64,000 nucleotides of DNA from Mytilus californianus (Eukaryota), in contig NW_026262745.1 in the NCBI RefSeq assembly GCF_021869535.1, positions 37,758,001 through 37,822,000 on the forward strand, in the 5' to 3' direction. Positions 54,201 to 64,000 of this stretch are shown here, piece after piece. The position numbers and the translations under genes were made by a program. The notes beneath the pieces were generated by a model. That model was not told the DNA's origin and made no database searches. It saw only the letters and a program-made list of their open reading frames with translations. Positions within the stretch are counted from its first letter, which is position 1; every line of letters starts with the position of its first letter.

Positions 54201-57200
54201 CATTAAAAATCTGGAACAGTGTGTAGAAGAAGTACATAGCAGGTTCATATTCATAAATGATGAATATGGATGAGTGATTGGAAAATAAGCATACATATCT
54301 ACCAATTCTCTAAACTCCAACCACCTGTTCAAGATATTCAAATGTAAAACTATAGGAAGAGTTACCTTTCATTAATGGGACAACACCCCATGCTGTAATT
54401 GGTCCACCTCTAGCATATTGTCCTAGAATCATTTCTATATATAAAAGGGGAAATCCAAACACCAACATCAGGACCAAATAAACCACAAAGAAAACACCTA
54501 AAATAAAAAGAACATTTTCATGATAAATTTCAAATGCAAGAATTTATTTTTTCAGAATCATATTAAAGATGACTTCTGCACTGTAAACCAACTTAATATT
54601 ACAAGAGATTTTTTTTTGTGGCGAAAAATTATGTGAAAGTATTCTTTTGTGAAAATCTATAACTTGGATCTTCTCTTATATAAATACAGAAAGAAAATTA
54701 GAAAATCATGAAAATAAATTGCAGCCAAGTTGGATGGGAAGGGACACAAAATGAACTATCCAAAAAATTGAGTTGTTTTACAGTAAATATATCATAAAAG
54801 AAAAGATACTGAAGAGGAAGAAAAATATAGACAGACCAATGACTGTTGAGTGTCCACTTGTACCTTACATATCCCTCAAAAACATGCATTCTACTATCCA
54901 AGTCCAAAAAATTATACCACCCAAAGTAATAAGGGGAGGGGTGAGAGCCTACAAACATGTTCAACCCTCCCCACTCTATATTTGCATGTCCAAAGTTAAA
55001 GGGGCCTGTAATTCAGTGGTTTTCATTGGTTGCTGTTTGCCATATCTTTTTTTTTTTTCATTACTTGTTTTGTCATATATCAAGCTGTTTTTTGTTTGTT
55101 TGTTTGGATTGTTTAGACTTTTATAGCTTACTATAGAATATGGGTTTTGCTCATTGTTGAGTGCAGTATGATGATATATAGTTGCTAAATTCCGCTTGAT
55201 CTGGACTCTTTTGGATATTTGTCTTATTAGAAGTCATTCCACATCTCTTTATCTTATATCAACATACCAAGAATATTTTTAATGTATATCATTTTTTATT
55301 TTGAAGCTACAGTAAGAAAAACTATAAGATAGGCAAGTTATCTAATGTGGTCCTCAAAGGGAGAAATATCAGAATTATCCTTATTCCTATAAAAATAAGT
55401 TTGCATAGTTATGTAATATAACTTTTTGATATTTCTTTTTCATAGTTGACCTACATTATATTGACCAACTTTTAGTAAAGTCTCATGTTTGACTTAACTA
55501 GATGTATTCTTATAAAAAGATATGGTTATTATGAGACCAACAGTATCTAAGAAACGAACTCAGATGTCAAAAATTGATTTCAGTCAATGAAATAAAGGTG
55601 AGGAAGATTTTCTAATAAAAAAGATTGTTATACTCCGCACAATGCATATAACACAAAGTTGTAAATTAATTTACTAATCGATGTATAATTTCAATAAAGA
55701 ACAGGAAATTGTTGTTGTCCATTTGATATACCATGATGGTTTCCCACTAATCACAGGAGAATGTTGCCAGTCTTTTGTAAATTCAGCCTATAGTTCTTTT
55801 TTCATAATTTATATGCCTGAATTGTCTCCTATGCCTTGCATGTACTCCCATAGTACTTAATTTCAGGAAAAACATGGTTTTAAAATTAATTTAAGAGTGC
55901 ATTTATCTTTGGTAACATCTAATTTCAACTTAATTTTCCATATCAAATGATTCAAGTACATTGAAATTAATATAGAGGCCTTTGATGGTCTGTATAATGG
56001 AAAAGAAATTATATGGTGCATCGATCAGTTCATGACAAAAAATCACTACATGCACATGTAAAAATTAAAAACAAAAGAACAGTGCTTTGTATTTTCTGTA
56101 TTAAGTTAAAGTGTTTGTTGGCTAACTATTGAAAGTGTTTGCAAAAAGACTTTACCAGTTTTAACTTAGTATATTAATTAACCTTTGCCTGGGCAGTCTT
56201 TAGCATCCGTTTTTTTTTCATTTCTATTTTTGGATGTATTCAAATATCTAATAAATTTGGAGGTATTTTTGCCTTTTGTAGTTGAGGAATAACTTGTAAT
56301 AATGGATTTAGTAGAATATTAAGTTTAAGACCCTAGTAACACTTCAATTTTTCCAGATAGAGATTTAAAAAAGATCCATGGAAAGATTGATCTACTATCG
56401 GACTTAAGTCTACTTCTAGAGGTAGTTTTATAAAGAACTATCTTTTTTAAATTGATTTTTTTTCAAGTATAAACAAGGTGATAGATTTTTAGAACTTTTC
56501 ATAAGTGAAAGGGATATATTTAAAAATGAAAATAATTCTGAGAACGTTCAATTAGGAAAAAATACACGTTTAAAAACAATGGATGGGACAAGAGGAGAAT
56601 CCTGGAGAGACCAAAATGTCCAGGACCACCTGGAAATTTAAAAGAATATATATATATATATATATACAAGTCTAAATTGAAAACAACATTCAAACCTATG
56701 ATTGCGTTGGATAAAAACCGCAATTTTTATACGTGTGCATGCAAAACAAATTTCTTGTTAGAGGGGTCTAAATACAGCACAAACAACATTTTCCAAAAGA
56801 CCAAATAAAGTGAAAAAGTATATTTTAACAAAACGCATTTGACTAACAGGTCAAACAACAAATGTTCTTAAATCCTGCTGACTGCCATTGGCGATTGCCA
56901 AATAAACGGATCACAAGGTGTAATAAATGGATCTTAACTATAAATTTAATACCAAACAGAAAAGAATAAACTTGCGGCAAAGATGGTATACGGCAAACAA
57001 AGGTGCAAAGATTTTTTGTACACCATATCCGGATTTCGACAATTAATGTCTCTTCAGTGATGTTAGGAATCGAACGGTTATTGGAAGGCCACATAATTTA
57101 CCTCAATTTAGAATAGACTCTTGAATTTTCAGGAGTCAAAATAGGATGAACGGATCATTTAAACCCGAAGGCAAATATAATACAAGCTGAAACGAAAAAA

Positions 57201-60200
57201 TATAAACAAGTCTAAATTGAAAACAACATTCAAACCTATGATTGCGTTGGATAAAAACCGCAATTTTTATACGTGTGCATGCAAAACAAATTTCTTGTTA
57301 GAGGGGTCTAAATACAGCACAAACAACATTTTCCAAAAGACCAAAAAAGTGAAAAAGTATATTTTAACAAAACGCATTTGACTAACAGGTCGAACAACAA
57401 ATGTTCTTAAATCCTGCTGACTGCCATTGGCGATTGCCAAATAAACGGATCACAAGGTGTAATAAATGGATCTTAACTATAAATTTAATACCAAACAGAA
57501 AAGAATAAACTTGCAGCAAAGATGGTATACCGCAAACAAAGGTGCAAAGATTTTTTGTACACCATATATATAAGTCTAAAGATTTGCACAACGGTACTAA
57601 TATAAGATGATAATATATGAAGATGATGTCATAAAATCGTGTTGACAAATAATGTCAATAAATTTAACAATACTGATATATAGACATATGCATGTGATTT
57701 AATACAGGATCCCCAATTTCGTAATAAAGAAATATTCATGTTATCATATTCTATTTTTATGATTGTTTGACTACTAAGACCAATTTCCTTTTATATTGCA
57801 GTGTAAATGAACTGGATCTAAAAATACTGATCAAGATCGATCTTGCTTGAAAAAATTGAACACAAACTGGTCTTTTAAGATCCATTCAAATAAAAATAGG
57901 TTCAATGTTGTACAAGTGTAAAGACGGTCTAAAAAGTGTAATTCAAAAAACTAAAATTCTAAATGTTTGCAGTTCTCTATTTAAAATGCATATTTGTCAA
58001 CAAAATTTAAATAAATACAAAAACTATATAATATTCATTTCTGAGTAGATCACATAAAAACTCTTCTAAGTCATGAAATATTCAAACTGTTATCAGTTCA
58101 GAAGAATTTAAAACATGTAGATTTCAAAGTTTACTGATTTTTTTTTTTATTCCTGTCCCAAGACATTGAATTTAGATTGATTCTTACTTTTTTTTTTAAA
58201 CTGTAATTACATTTTGAACATATTTGATTCACGAAAAAAGAAATTTTCTACCAATTTTAATGAATGATTTAGATTATAAATTATCATATGCAGAGAATAT
58301 CAATTTCAAAGTTAAATACCCAAAAGAATTGTTTTCATTTGGATATAATGACTTTTCTTCAGGATTAAGTAAATGTCTGACTCGGATTAGCTTAATAATA
58401 TGATGTTGATAGCTTTTTTACATCCCAAAATTTAAAAAAAATTATCTGCATGGAATGTAAATAAATAGAAATTATAATATAGTAAGAAATTTTGTTATAA
58501 GTAAAGATTTAAGATGCCAGAAAAAGTTCTACAAATATGTTCATATTACAGTCTCAAGACTCATTTAGGATATTTACAAGGCACAATATTCCTTTATATC
58601 CCAAATTTGTAAGATCTGTTATTTTCTGAACTACTCCTATTGCCCTTACCATAACCATAGAGAACCTGTACTGCTATCATAAATATATTGAGATAAAAAT
58701 ATAACATTTTAAGAAAGAACAAAAATAAAAACAGCATTGACAAGTAAGCTTTGGAGTAGAAATCTGAGAAGTTTGTGAGTGTATGAGTGTTGACAAATGA
58801 GAAGTGATGGCAATAGCTCACCTATAGTGAGCTAAATCTTTTTGGTTACATTGGAAAGAATTATATTAATTAAGTACAATTTCTTTTTTCTTTTTTTTCT
58901 TTGTGTATACTAAATTATTTTCCTGTATTGCATTTCATGTCAATAATCTACAAATATAGACTGAATACTTTTCAAGTTTCCAATGTTCAAATACACATCA
59001 TCAACTCTATGTGTCTTTAAAAATCTGTGACATCATATAATTATGGCCTTCATCAATAGTTAATATCCATAATTATTAAATAGAGGAAGGCTATTTTCCC
59101 TAAGGTCCGCTAGATTTAATAACTTTGTATATCAACATTTTATGAAGAACAAAATTGTATAATTATACTGAACTAAATAGCTTATATAAATATAATGAGA
59201 TATGGCATAAATGCCAATGAAGCAACTATCAACCAAATGACGTGGTTGTAGTATGAAGCAATTAGGGCCAGCAGGTCACTTTATTCAATAATTAGCAAAA
59301 CCCATTTCCCATAGTTATTTAATAAAGGCCCAGACATGTCAAAATGTAAACAATTCAAACAAGAAAACCATTGGCATGATAAAACAATAAACAAAGCACA
59401 GATATGACAGACAGCAAACAACAAAAACCATTGAATTACATGTTCCTTACTTTCAAACTATCGGCAAACAGGAAGTGACTACACTGAGGATGTAAAAAAC
59501 TGCTTACTCGATCTAACTCTACATCATCAAGCTGCAGACCAAATATTCAAATAATTCCCTTTCATTGAAGCCAAGAAAACTTTGACTAAAATGTTCTTGA
59601 ACAATTAGTGTTGTAAAATTTCAAACTATCAGCAAACAGGAAATGGCTACATGGCAGATGTAAAAAATGCTTACTTGCTACAACTCAACCTTATCAAGCT
59701 GCAGACCAAATATTAAATCATTCCCTTCAATATGAGCCATGAAAACTTGGACAATTGTTTTCTTTCAGACAAATATGAAGAGACAGACGAACAGACAATG
59801 GAGTTGAGCAGTTACTGGACCTGCTTCCGCCCTTGGCAAAGCAAGTAAAATTTAGTTGTAAAAATTCATCGACATGTGATTTCATGGATATTTTAAATGG
59901 TTCTTCTCATATGATCAGTCATACTTCAATTTCATATCAAAAAGACTTTACACTTGATCTTTAATTATGCTGCATTAAAACTGCTTAGCTTGCATTTTGT
60001 TGATACCTGTAATTCTCACAATCATCTGCAAATGTATTTTTCTTACTTACCGCCACCATATTTTAGAGACAAATACGGAAATTTGACTATTGTTTCAAAA
60101 CTGGTAACAAAACCACAACAAGCAAGCAAGTACTCTATCTTCCGATCCCATCCAATATGTTCATCTAGTCTTGCAGAAGCTGTCTCTGGGTTCTCTCCCC

Positions 60201-60294
60201 TCTCTACCGTACTTGGAATTTCAATCATCGAGTCATCATCTAAGTCAATACTGTCCCCTATACAATTAGCCTCCATTTGTGATGCTTGTGATTC
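33080..60294 (-). CDS. Gene B: divergent/atypical SLC6-family protein with intact ORF; join(60294-60051,54497-54366,53311-53183,51336-51255,50520-50388,46188-46054,43671-43568,39659-39532,36716-36463,35536-35336,34761-34594,33265-33080); terminal exon not identified
   Basis: Twelve exons with compatible phases give 632 codons without a stop. Exon sizes 132, 133 and 201 bp match gene A exactly. Remaining family motifs: FPY..YGGG, E..LGQY, W.DA, G.Y, W.YG, TP, DWGP. Confidence 0.88.
34594..34761 (-). CDS. Gene B exon 11 (TM12), probable GC donor
   Basis: catttttcag|GCA. Encodes ALIILTIMTDSVLQYKLYEYPSLTKELSWCITLIPLLPLFYAAVLCYRNDFSSFRQ. The best phase-0 donor is CAA|gcaagt. 168 bp. Confidence 0.78.
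35131..35318. mobile_element. Small MITE
   Basis: Imperfect about 38-bp TIRs (aatttgccatttcagaatctaaaggattctggg / cccagaatgcattagaatctgaaatagtaaatt) bounded by TA. Confidence 0.6.
35336..35536 (-). CDS. Gene B exon 10 (TM10, TM11)
   Basis: tatattttcag|GCA ... ATACTG|gtatga. Encodes AGLYISFYWLNS...AWIYGAQRVWNNIADMTG...WQFLTPAVIL. 201 bp. Confidence 0.92.
36463..36716 (-). CDS. Gene B exon 9 (EL4, TM8, TM9)
   Basis: ttctatttttag|CA ... GAG|gtgagt. Encodes IDLGFVIVPSVL...LVGLDTHAVHLQNIVSALLH...SIVTVTE. 254 bp. Confidence 0.88.
36903..38884. mobile_element. Foldback/long-inverted-repeat element carrying a nested HINE-like insertion
   Basis: The left arm (36903-37232 plus 38384-38430) is the reverse complement of 38530-38884 (e.g. 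gaaacttttccacag / ctgtggaaaagtttc). Confidence 0.75.
37234..38387 (+). mobile_element. HINE-like element with about 500-bp internal tandem units (two)
   Basis: 5' palindrome aggctcttaagagcct followed by gctcacc; (gac)n tract; 3' hairpin gctcac-atggggccc-ttt-gggcccc-ggtgagc. Confidence 0.75.
39532..39659 (-). CDS. Gene B exon 8 (TM7)
   Basis: ttttatcacag|A ... ACAG|gtactg. Encodes NALLTTLAHLFGMVFAGFTLFSLVGVYNEKTGQKLSDTLNIT. 128 bp. Confidence 0.88.
40997..43102 (+). mobile_element. HINE-like element with about four 502-bp internal tandem units
   Basis: 5' aactagaggctctaaagagcctgtgtcgctcacc; units at about 41171, 41673, 42175 and 42677; (ggacgac)n; 3' hairpin gctcacttgacct-ttc-aggtcaggtgagc. 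Confidence 0.8.
43568..43671 (-). CDS. Gene B exon 7 (TM6)
   Basis: attcattgtag|ATA ... TTCAG|gtatat. Encodes IWVDAGQLMVTSLGIGTGCITLMSGYSHFHSHCF. 104 bp. Confidence 0.9.
44745..45500 (+). mobile_element. HINE-like family 2 (5' gtgcacacgctgaaatgtc; about 150-bp ccatgaaaatgaggtcaaggtc units)
   Basis: Same termini and units as the copies at about 47150-48465 and 62451-63505; fragment at about 50780-51110. Confidence 0.65.
45640..45990 (+). mobile_element. tRNA-derived SINE, probably MetaSINE-type
   Basis: B-box-like GGTTTGATCCC; core caaaccaaagactttaaaatcagtatttgcttcttctctgctaagcatgc; (catc)-like tail. Family name is from recall, not a search. Confidence 0.55.
46054..46188 (-). CDS. Gene B exon 6 (TM5, EL3)
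   Basis: tcttttttcag|ACT ... CTACAG|gtgact. Encodes TVYISFPIPVTFLITILVRTCFEEGAVTGIKVFLNLNWEALGKLQ. 135 bp. Confidence 0.9.
47150..48465 (+). mobile_element. HINE-like family 2 copy with about five internal units and a nested foreign 3' end at about 48060-48230
   Basis: Repeated ccatgaaaatgaggtc/acaatcattccatac units; nested gacggacg tract with hairpin tcccc…gggggaca. Confidence 0.6.
50388..50520 (-). CDS. Gene B exon 5 (TM4)
   Basis: gtattttcag|T ... GGAAAG|gtcagt. Encodes NSVLNISNGIESLGDVQWRLLLVLILCWTLVYFVIIRGPQSIGK. 133 bp. Confidence 0.92.
51255..51336 (-). CDS. Gene B exon 4 (short EL2)
   Basis: ttttattttcag|GA ... TTCTA|gtaagt. Encodes CSHNTSIYLVNSTDSTDPSLQHSTYF. Same phases and same end residues (CS...YF) as gene A exon 4. 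82 bp. Confidence 0.85.
51743..52783 (+). mobile_element. HINE-like element, same family as 40997-43102
   Basis: aactagaggctctcaagagcctgtgtcgctcacc … gctcacttggcccttcgggccaggtgagctaaaaa. Confidence 0.8.
53183..53311 (-). CDS. Gene B exon 3 (TM3)
   Basis: attttccag|GT ... CAAG|gtactt. Encodes GIGVCMVCVSGAMSFCCNMTSVWSLYMFFISICSDQSWNCTYQ. 129 bp. Confidence 0.85.
53538..54142 (+). mobile_element. HINE-like family 3 copy with duplicated 5' start
   Basis: aactagatatggacaatgcctcccc … (ggac)n … tcccctcgacattttgtcatgggggcataa; close match to 60980-61480. Confidence 0.65.
54366..54497 (-). CDS. Gene B exon 2 (TM2)
   Basis: tttttattttag|GT ... AAAG|gtaact. Encodes GVFFVVYLVLMLVFGFPLLYIEMILGQYARGGPITAWGVVPLMK. 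132 bp. Confidence 0.92.
56666..57565. repeat. Near-identical direct duplication (period 540 bp, about 360 bp shared) of an interspersed repeat
   Basis: acaagtctaaattgaaaacaacattcaaacctatgattgcg at 56666 and 57206; the two ORF translations are nearly identical. Confidence 0.85.
59455..59850 (+). mobile_element. HINE-like fragment with two about 170-bp units
   Basis: ttcaaactatc.gcaaacaggaa occurs twice; gacagacg tract; 3' hairpin-like end. Confidence 0.4.
60051..60294 (-). CDS. Gene B exon 1 (N-terminus, degenerate TM1)
   Basis: aaatttcag|GAA ... GGCG|gtaagt. Encodes ESQASQMEAN...HIGWDRKIEYLLACCGFVTSFETIVKFPYLSLKYGG. 244 bp. Confidence 0.9.
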
Positions 60295-60979
60295 CTGAAA
60301 TTTACAAATGCTGAGTTTAATTTTTACTGAAAAAAAAAAAAATTAAAATGAAATAATTTCTAAATGGTTAAAAAAAAAATAATTTAATGTGCATTCTCTT
60401 CTTTTAATACTAAAATATGAGGGTTGTAGACTGGTATTTTCTAGTGGTATGCTTCATACTTTCAGTTCACTTTCCCATAATATTGGATCCCAGCATCCTC
60501 ATCAACCTAAAGACATTACATTTCAACTTAAACTCTGTACAATCATGACCTTATCATCCTTCGAAACCTTAATGTTGTCTTTATTAAGTCATTGAACCAC
60601 GAAAATAAGGTCAAGGACAAGTGTAATATTCTTGTTGGAAACTTCAGACCATAAGTCATCTTCATACTAAAATGGATTGTCTAGCTTTTCAGTCTTCTGA
60701 AATATTTAGCTTTATACAATTGTTTAATGCTGCACTTGAGCATCCCTAAGTCATGACCAAAAATAGGAAAATGGTGTTACACCTGACTGTAAATTCTAGA
60801 ACTGTAATTACGAGAAAAGAGAATGGAAACAGGGAATGTGAAGAAAACAGCCCAAGGTCACCAATGGGTCTTCAAGTTCAAATGAAGTGGATGAATTATA
60901 TGAAACAATTTAATGTATACTAATTCAGCAAAATGGACTCCACACTAAACTCCAAAACACACAAATGAATCAATATTAA

Positions 60980-61480
60980 AACTAGACATGGACAATGCCC
61001 CCCCCTTTTTTCTGCTCTGCCATATGCATGAATATAGTTCCACATATTTTTAGATTTGACAAACAGAGATGATGGCATACAACTTGAAATTGTTACACTG
61101 TCTGTAAGACACAAATGATGACCCCCCCCCCCTGACCATAGCAAATTATTAATTTAACACTATGTATGATATAGTAACTGCAGGAGGAGATAGCCGGACA
61201 AACCATGATCTCTTTATGCAGCTATTACCAAAAAATATCACTAAGTTCAACTACCTGTCATTTTCCAAATATTTGAAAAAAATCAAAATCCTGTGGCCAT
61301 GCACACCTTCATTATGTGTATGAACATCCTACATAATATTAAAGTTGTACCTCCAAAACTGTAGGAGGAGATAGCCGGACAAACAATGTATCCTAATCTG
61401 GACGGACGGACGAACGGACGGACAGACGGATGGAAAGGGGTAAATTAATATCCCCCCCAATATTTTGTCACGGGGCATAA
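60980..61480 (+). mobile_element. HINE-like family 3 copy
   Basis: Colinear with 53590-54142; (ggac)n tract and 3' hairpin tccccc…ggggcataa. Confidence 0.65.
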
Positions 61481-62314
61481 CAACACTCAGGACAGGCGCA
61501 AAAGTGCGGCAGGATTAAACATGTATTTAAGTTATCAATCCTCCCTCTATACCTCTAGCCAATGTAGAATAAACAACCACACAGCAATATGCACAGTAAA
61601 ACTCAGTTAACATGGAATGTGTAAAAGAAAATATATGGTTTATCAATTAATGACAAAACATCCTTGAATGCATTTGATACATATGAATAGTCCTTCATAA
61701 AAGTCACACTGGTGCCTTCAACATGGATCATAAGCTCACATCTCACTGAAAGTTGAAGATGAATTATGTCACTGGTTTGAGCAGAATCATTACCAAACAA
61801 GGATAAAGTTATCTGTGCATAGGATATATCCTTTCCTCCAAATAAACATACATTAAAATTTTGCTTTCTAATTATTTCCTTATCAAGAAATAAACTAACT
61901 GAATATATCATTATTCCAATTAGTAACACACACAGCCTTAATTTAAGGAATGTTCAAATTAAAAATTTTTTTTTAACTGACAATAAATGGTTGTCCTTTC
62001 AGCTACTATGCTATTTTAGCCAAAAATAATTGTTTTTATGTATAACAGTTTTGACATCCTCTGACTGTTGCTGCATGTAAAATTAATTACAATACCTAAT
62101 CTATTATATATATATATATTAGTTAAATTTTCAAATTTACAATGTTAAGATTGCAGAACATAAAATAGCATGGGTTTGCTGACAAGCAAGGAATAATTGG
62201 AATTATTAAGCATGAAAGGTAAAACAAGGATTTCCTTTTCTTCCACGAGATCACATTCAAACTTACAGAGAGGCAAGATTTTTTTATATCATTCTGACAA
62301 CTTAAGTTATAATA

Positions 62315-63505
62315 AACAAGAGGCTCCTAAGAGCCTGAATTGCTCAGCTGTCAATATATCTTGCATGCCGATAATTTTTTGCTGTTTACAGTTTCTCTCT
62401 ATCAATTATACTTTTTGAGATAATTAGGTAAATAACATAAAAACTAGTAAAACAAGAGTGCACACGCTGAAATGTCTTGACTGCTTTACTGACTATTGAT
62501 TTTATGTTGAAAGTCTTAAAGATAAAGGTTTTACAACAAGTATCATATAAACTTAATATTTTTAAATATCTGTGACAATGAGGTCAAGGTCAGATAAATC
62601 CTTTCAAACAGACATGTATACACCTTACAATTATTCCATACACCAAATAAAGTTGACCTATTGCTTATGGTAATTGAAAAAAAGACCCAAAACACAAAAA
62701 CTTAACATTGACCAATAAACCATGAAAATAAGGTCAAGGTCAGATGATACCAACTAGACCAACATGTACATCTTACAATCATTCCATACACCAAATATAG
62801 TTAACCTATTGCTTATACTATAGTACTTGAAAAACAGACCAAAACACAAAAACTTAACATTGACCAATGAACCATGAAAATGACATCAAGGTCAGATGAT
62901 ACAGGCTAGACCAACATGTACACCTTACAATCATTCCATACACCACATATAGTTGACCTATTACTTATATTACTTGAAAAACAGACCAAAACACAAAAAC
63001 TTACCATTGACCAATGAACCATGAAAATGAGGTCAAGGTCAGATGAAATTTTGCCAAAGTACCCCTTACAATCATTCCATACACCACATATAGTTGACCT
63101 ACTACTTATAGTATCTGAGAAACAGACCTAATCACATAACTTTAACCTTGATCAATCCATGGAATGAGGTTAGGGTCAGCCTAACCCTGTCTGACGGACA
63201 TGTAAACGTTGCAAAGAAACCATATACCAAATATAGTTATCCTATTACTCATAATAAGTGAGAAATTCACATGACAAAAAACTATAATTTTTTTTTCAAG
63301 CAGTCACTGAACCATGAAAATTAGGTCAAGGACAATGGACATATGACAGACAGAAACTTCGTGACATAAGGTATCTGCATACAAGGTATGAAGCATCCAG
63401 GTCTTCTACCTTCTGAAATATAAAGCTTTATACAAATAGTTTACACCTCTGCCGCCGCGGCCACCGCATAGTTATCCCTATGTCTAGAATTCTGCGAAGC
63501 AGCTG
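62315..63505 (+). mobile_element. 5' fragment of the aggctc..gagcct family followed by a family 2 element with 4-5 internal units
   Basis: aacaagaggctcctaagagcctg at 62315; aacaagagtgcacacgctgaaatgtc at 62451; gccgccg tract near 63451. Confidence 0.65.
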
Positions 63506-63629
63506 AAAAAAAGAGCAAGACTTGTCTGATAATTTTGGTTGGGAAAAGAAAATATAGGTAGATCTCATCATTCTGATTTTTTGTCACAGTTGGATTTTCT
63601 TTTATAGTTTATGGTTATAAAGATATATC

Positions 63630-64000
63630 CCTCATGAAAAAAAAATTCTGATTATTGTCTGAATTTGTCTGAAAATGTCTGAATTTTTGCTGAAATTGTC
63701 TTACATGATAAATGGTGTCTGAATTTTTCTGAATCCCGATATTTCTATTCTGAATTGATGCTGACAATTCTGAATTTTTGCTGAATATTTCTGAATCAAT
63801 AAGAATTTTATTCAGACAAATTAAGAACTTCTGAAAAGTGTCTGAATTGTTCTGAAAGTGTCAGAATTATGTTCAAGAATGTTAGACGAATTGAGAATCT
63901 GTCTGTATCAGTAAGAATATGATTCAGACAAATTCAGAACTTCTGAAAAATGTCTTAATTTTTCTAAATGTGTCAGAGCTATGTTTAATAAATTGTTGAC
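63630..64000. repeat. Low-complexity array of TCTGAA/TTCAGA motifs running off the window
   Basis: Roughly 20 copies of (t/g)tctgaa, some inverted. Confidence 0.6.

Noticed and set aside
56843-57648. Duplicated 83/88-aa ORFs as small paralogous genes
   Set aside because: They lie within a duplicated interspersed repeat in an intron of gene B.
33080-60294. Calling gene B a pseudogene
   Set aside because: No stop or frameshift in 632 codons and all splice sites are intact; the divergence is concentrated at functional sites.

Overview
Eukaryotic, very AT-rich genomic DNA. The interspersed repeat families resemble those of bivalve molluscs (Mytilus-like); this taxonomy is inferred from repeat recognition, not a search. 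The window holds two head-to-tail, multi-exon SLC6/NSS (Na+/Cl- neurotransmitter/amino-acid symporter family) genes on the minus strand. Gene A: 9 coding exons, 15378 down to 752, running off the left edge before TM12; it keeps the canonical TM1 [10 protein letters not shown] motif but has an unusual substrate pocket. Gene B: 12 coding exons, 60294 down to 33080, about 630 codons with no stop or frameshift and a near-identical exon-phase pattern; nearly all ion-binding, substrate-binding and gating residues are replaced. Gene B is the most interesting item, a candidate atypical or non-transporting SLC6. Other observations: a probable GC-AG intron, a differential intron between the paralogues, duplicated 'decoy' splice acceptors in both genes, a complete non-autonomous CACTA element with a 3-bp TSD, a foldback element with a nested Helentron-type (HINE-like) insertion, many HINE-like elements with internal tandem arrays, SINE fragments, and minisatellites with palindromic cores (one carrying about 10 perfect ATTGCGCAAT sites). 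No rRNA, tRNA gene, CRISPR array or autonomous transposase/RT ORF was seen. Exon boundaries were read by eye from GT/AG sites and phase continuity; repeat boundaries are approximate.
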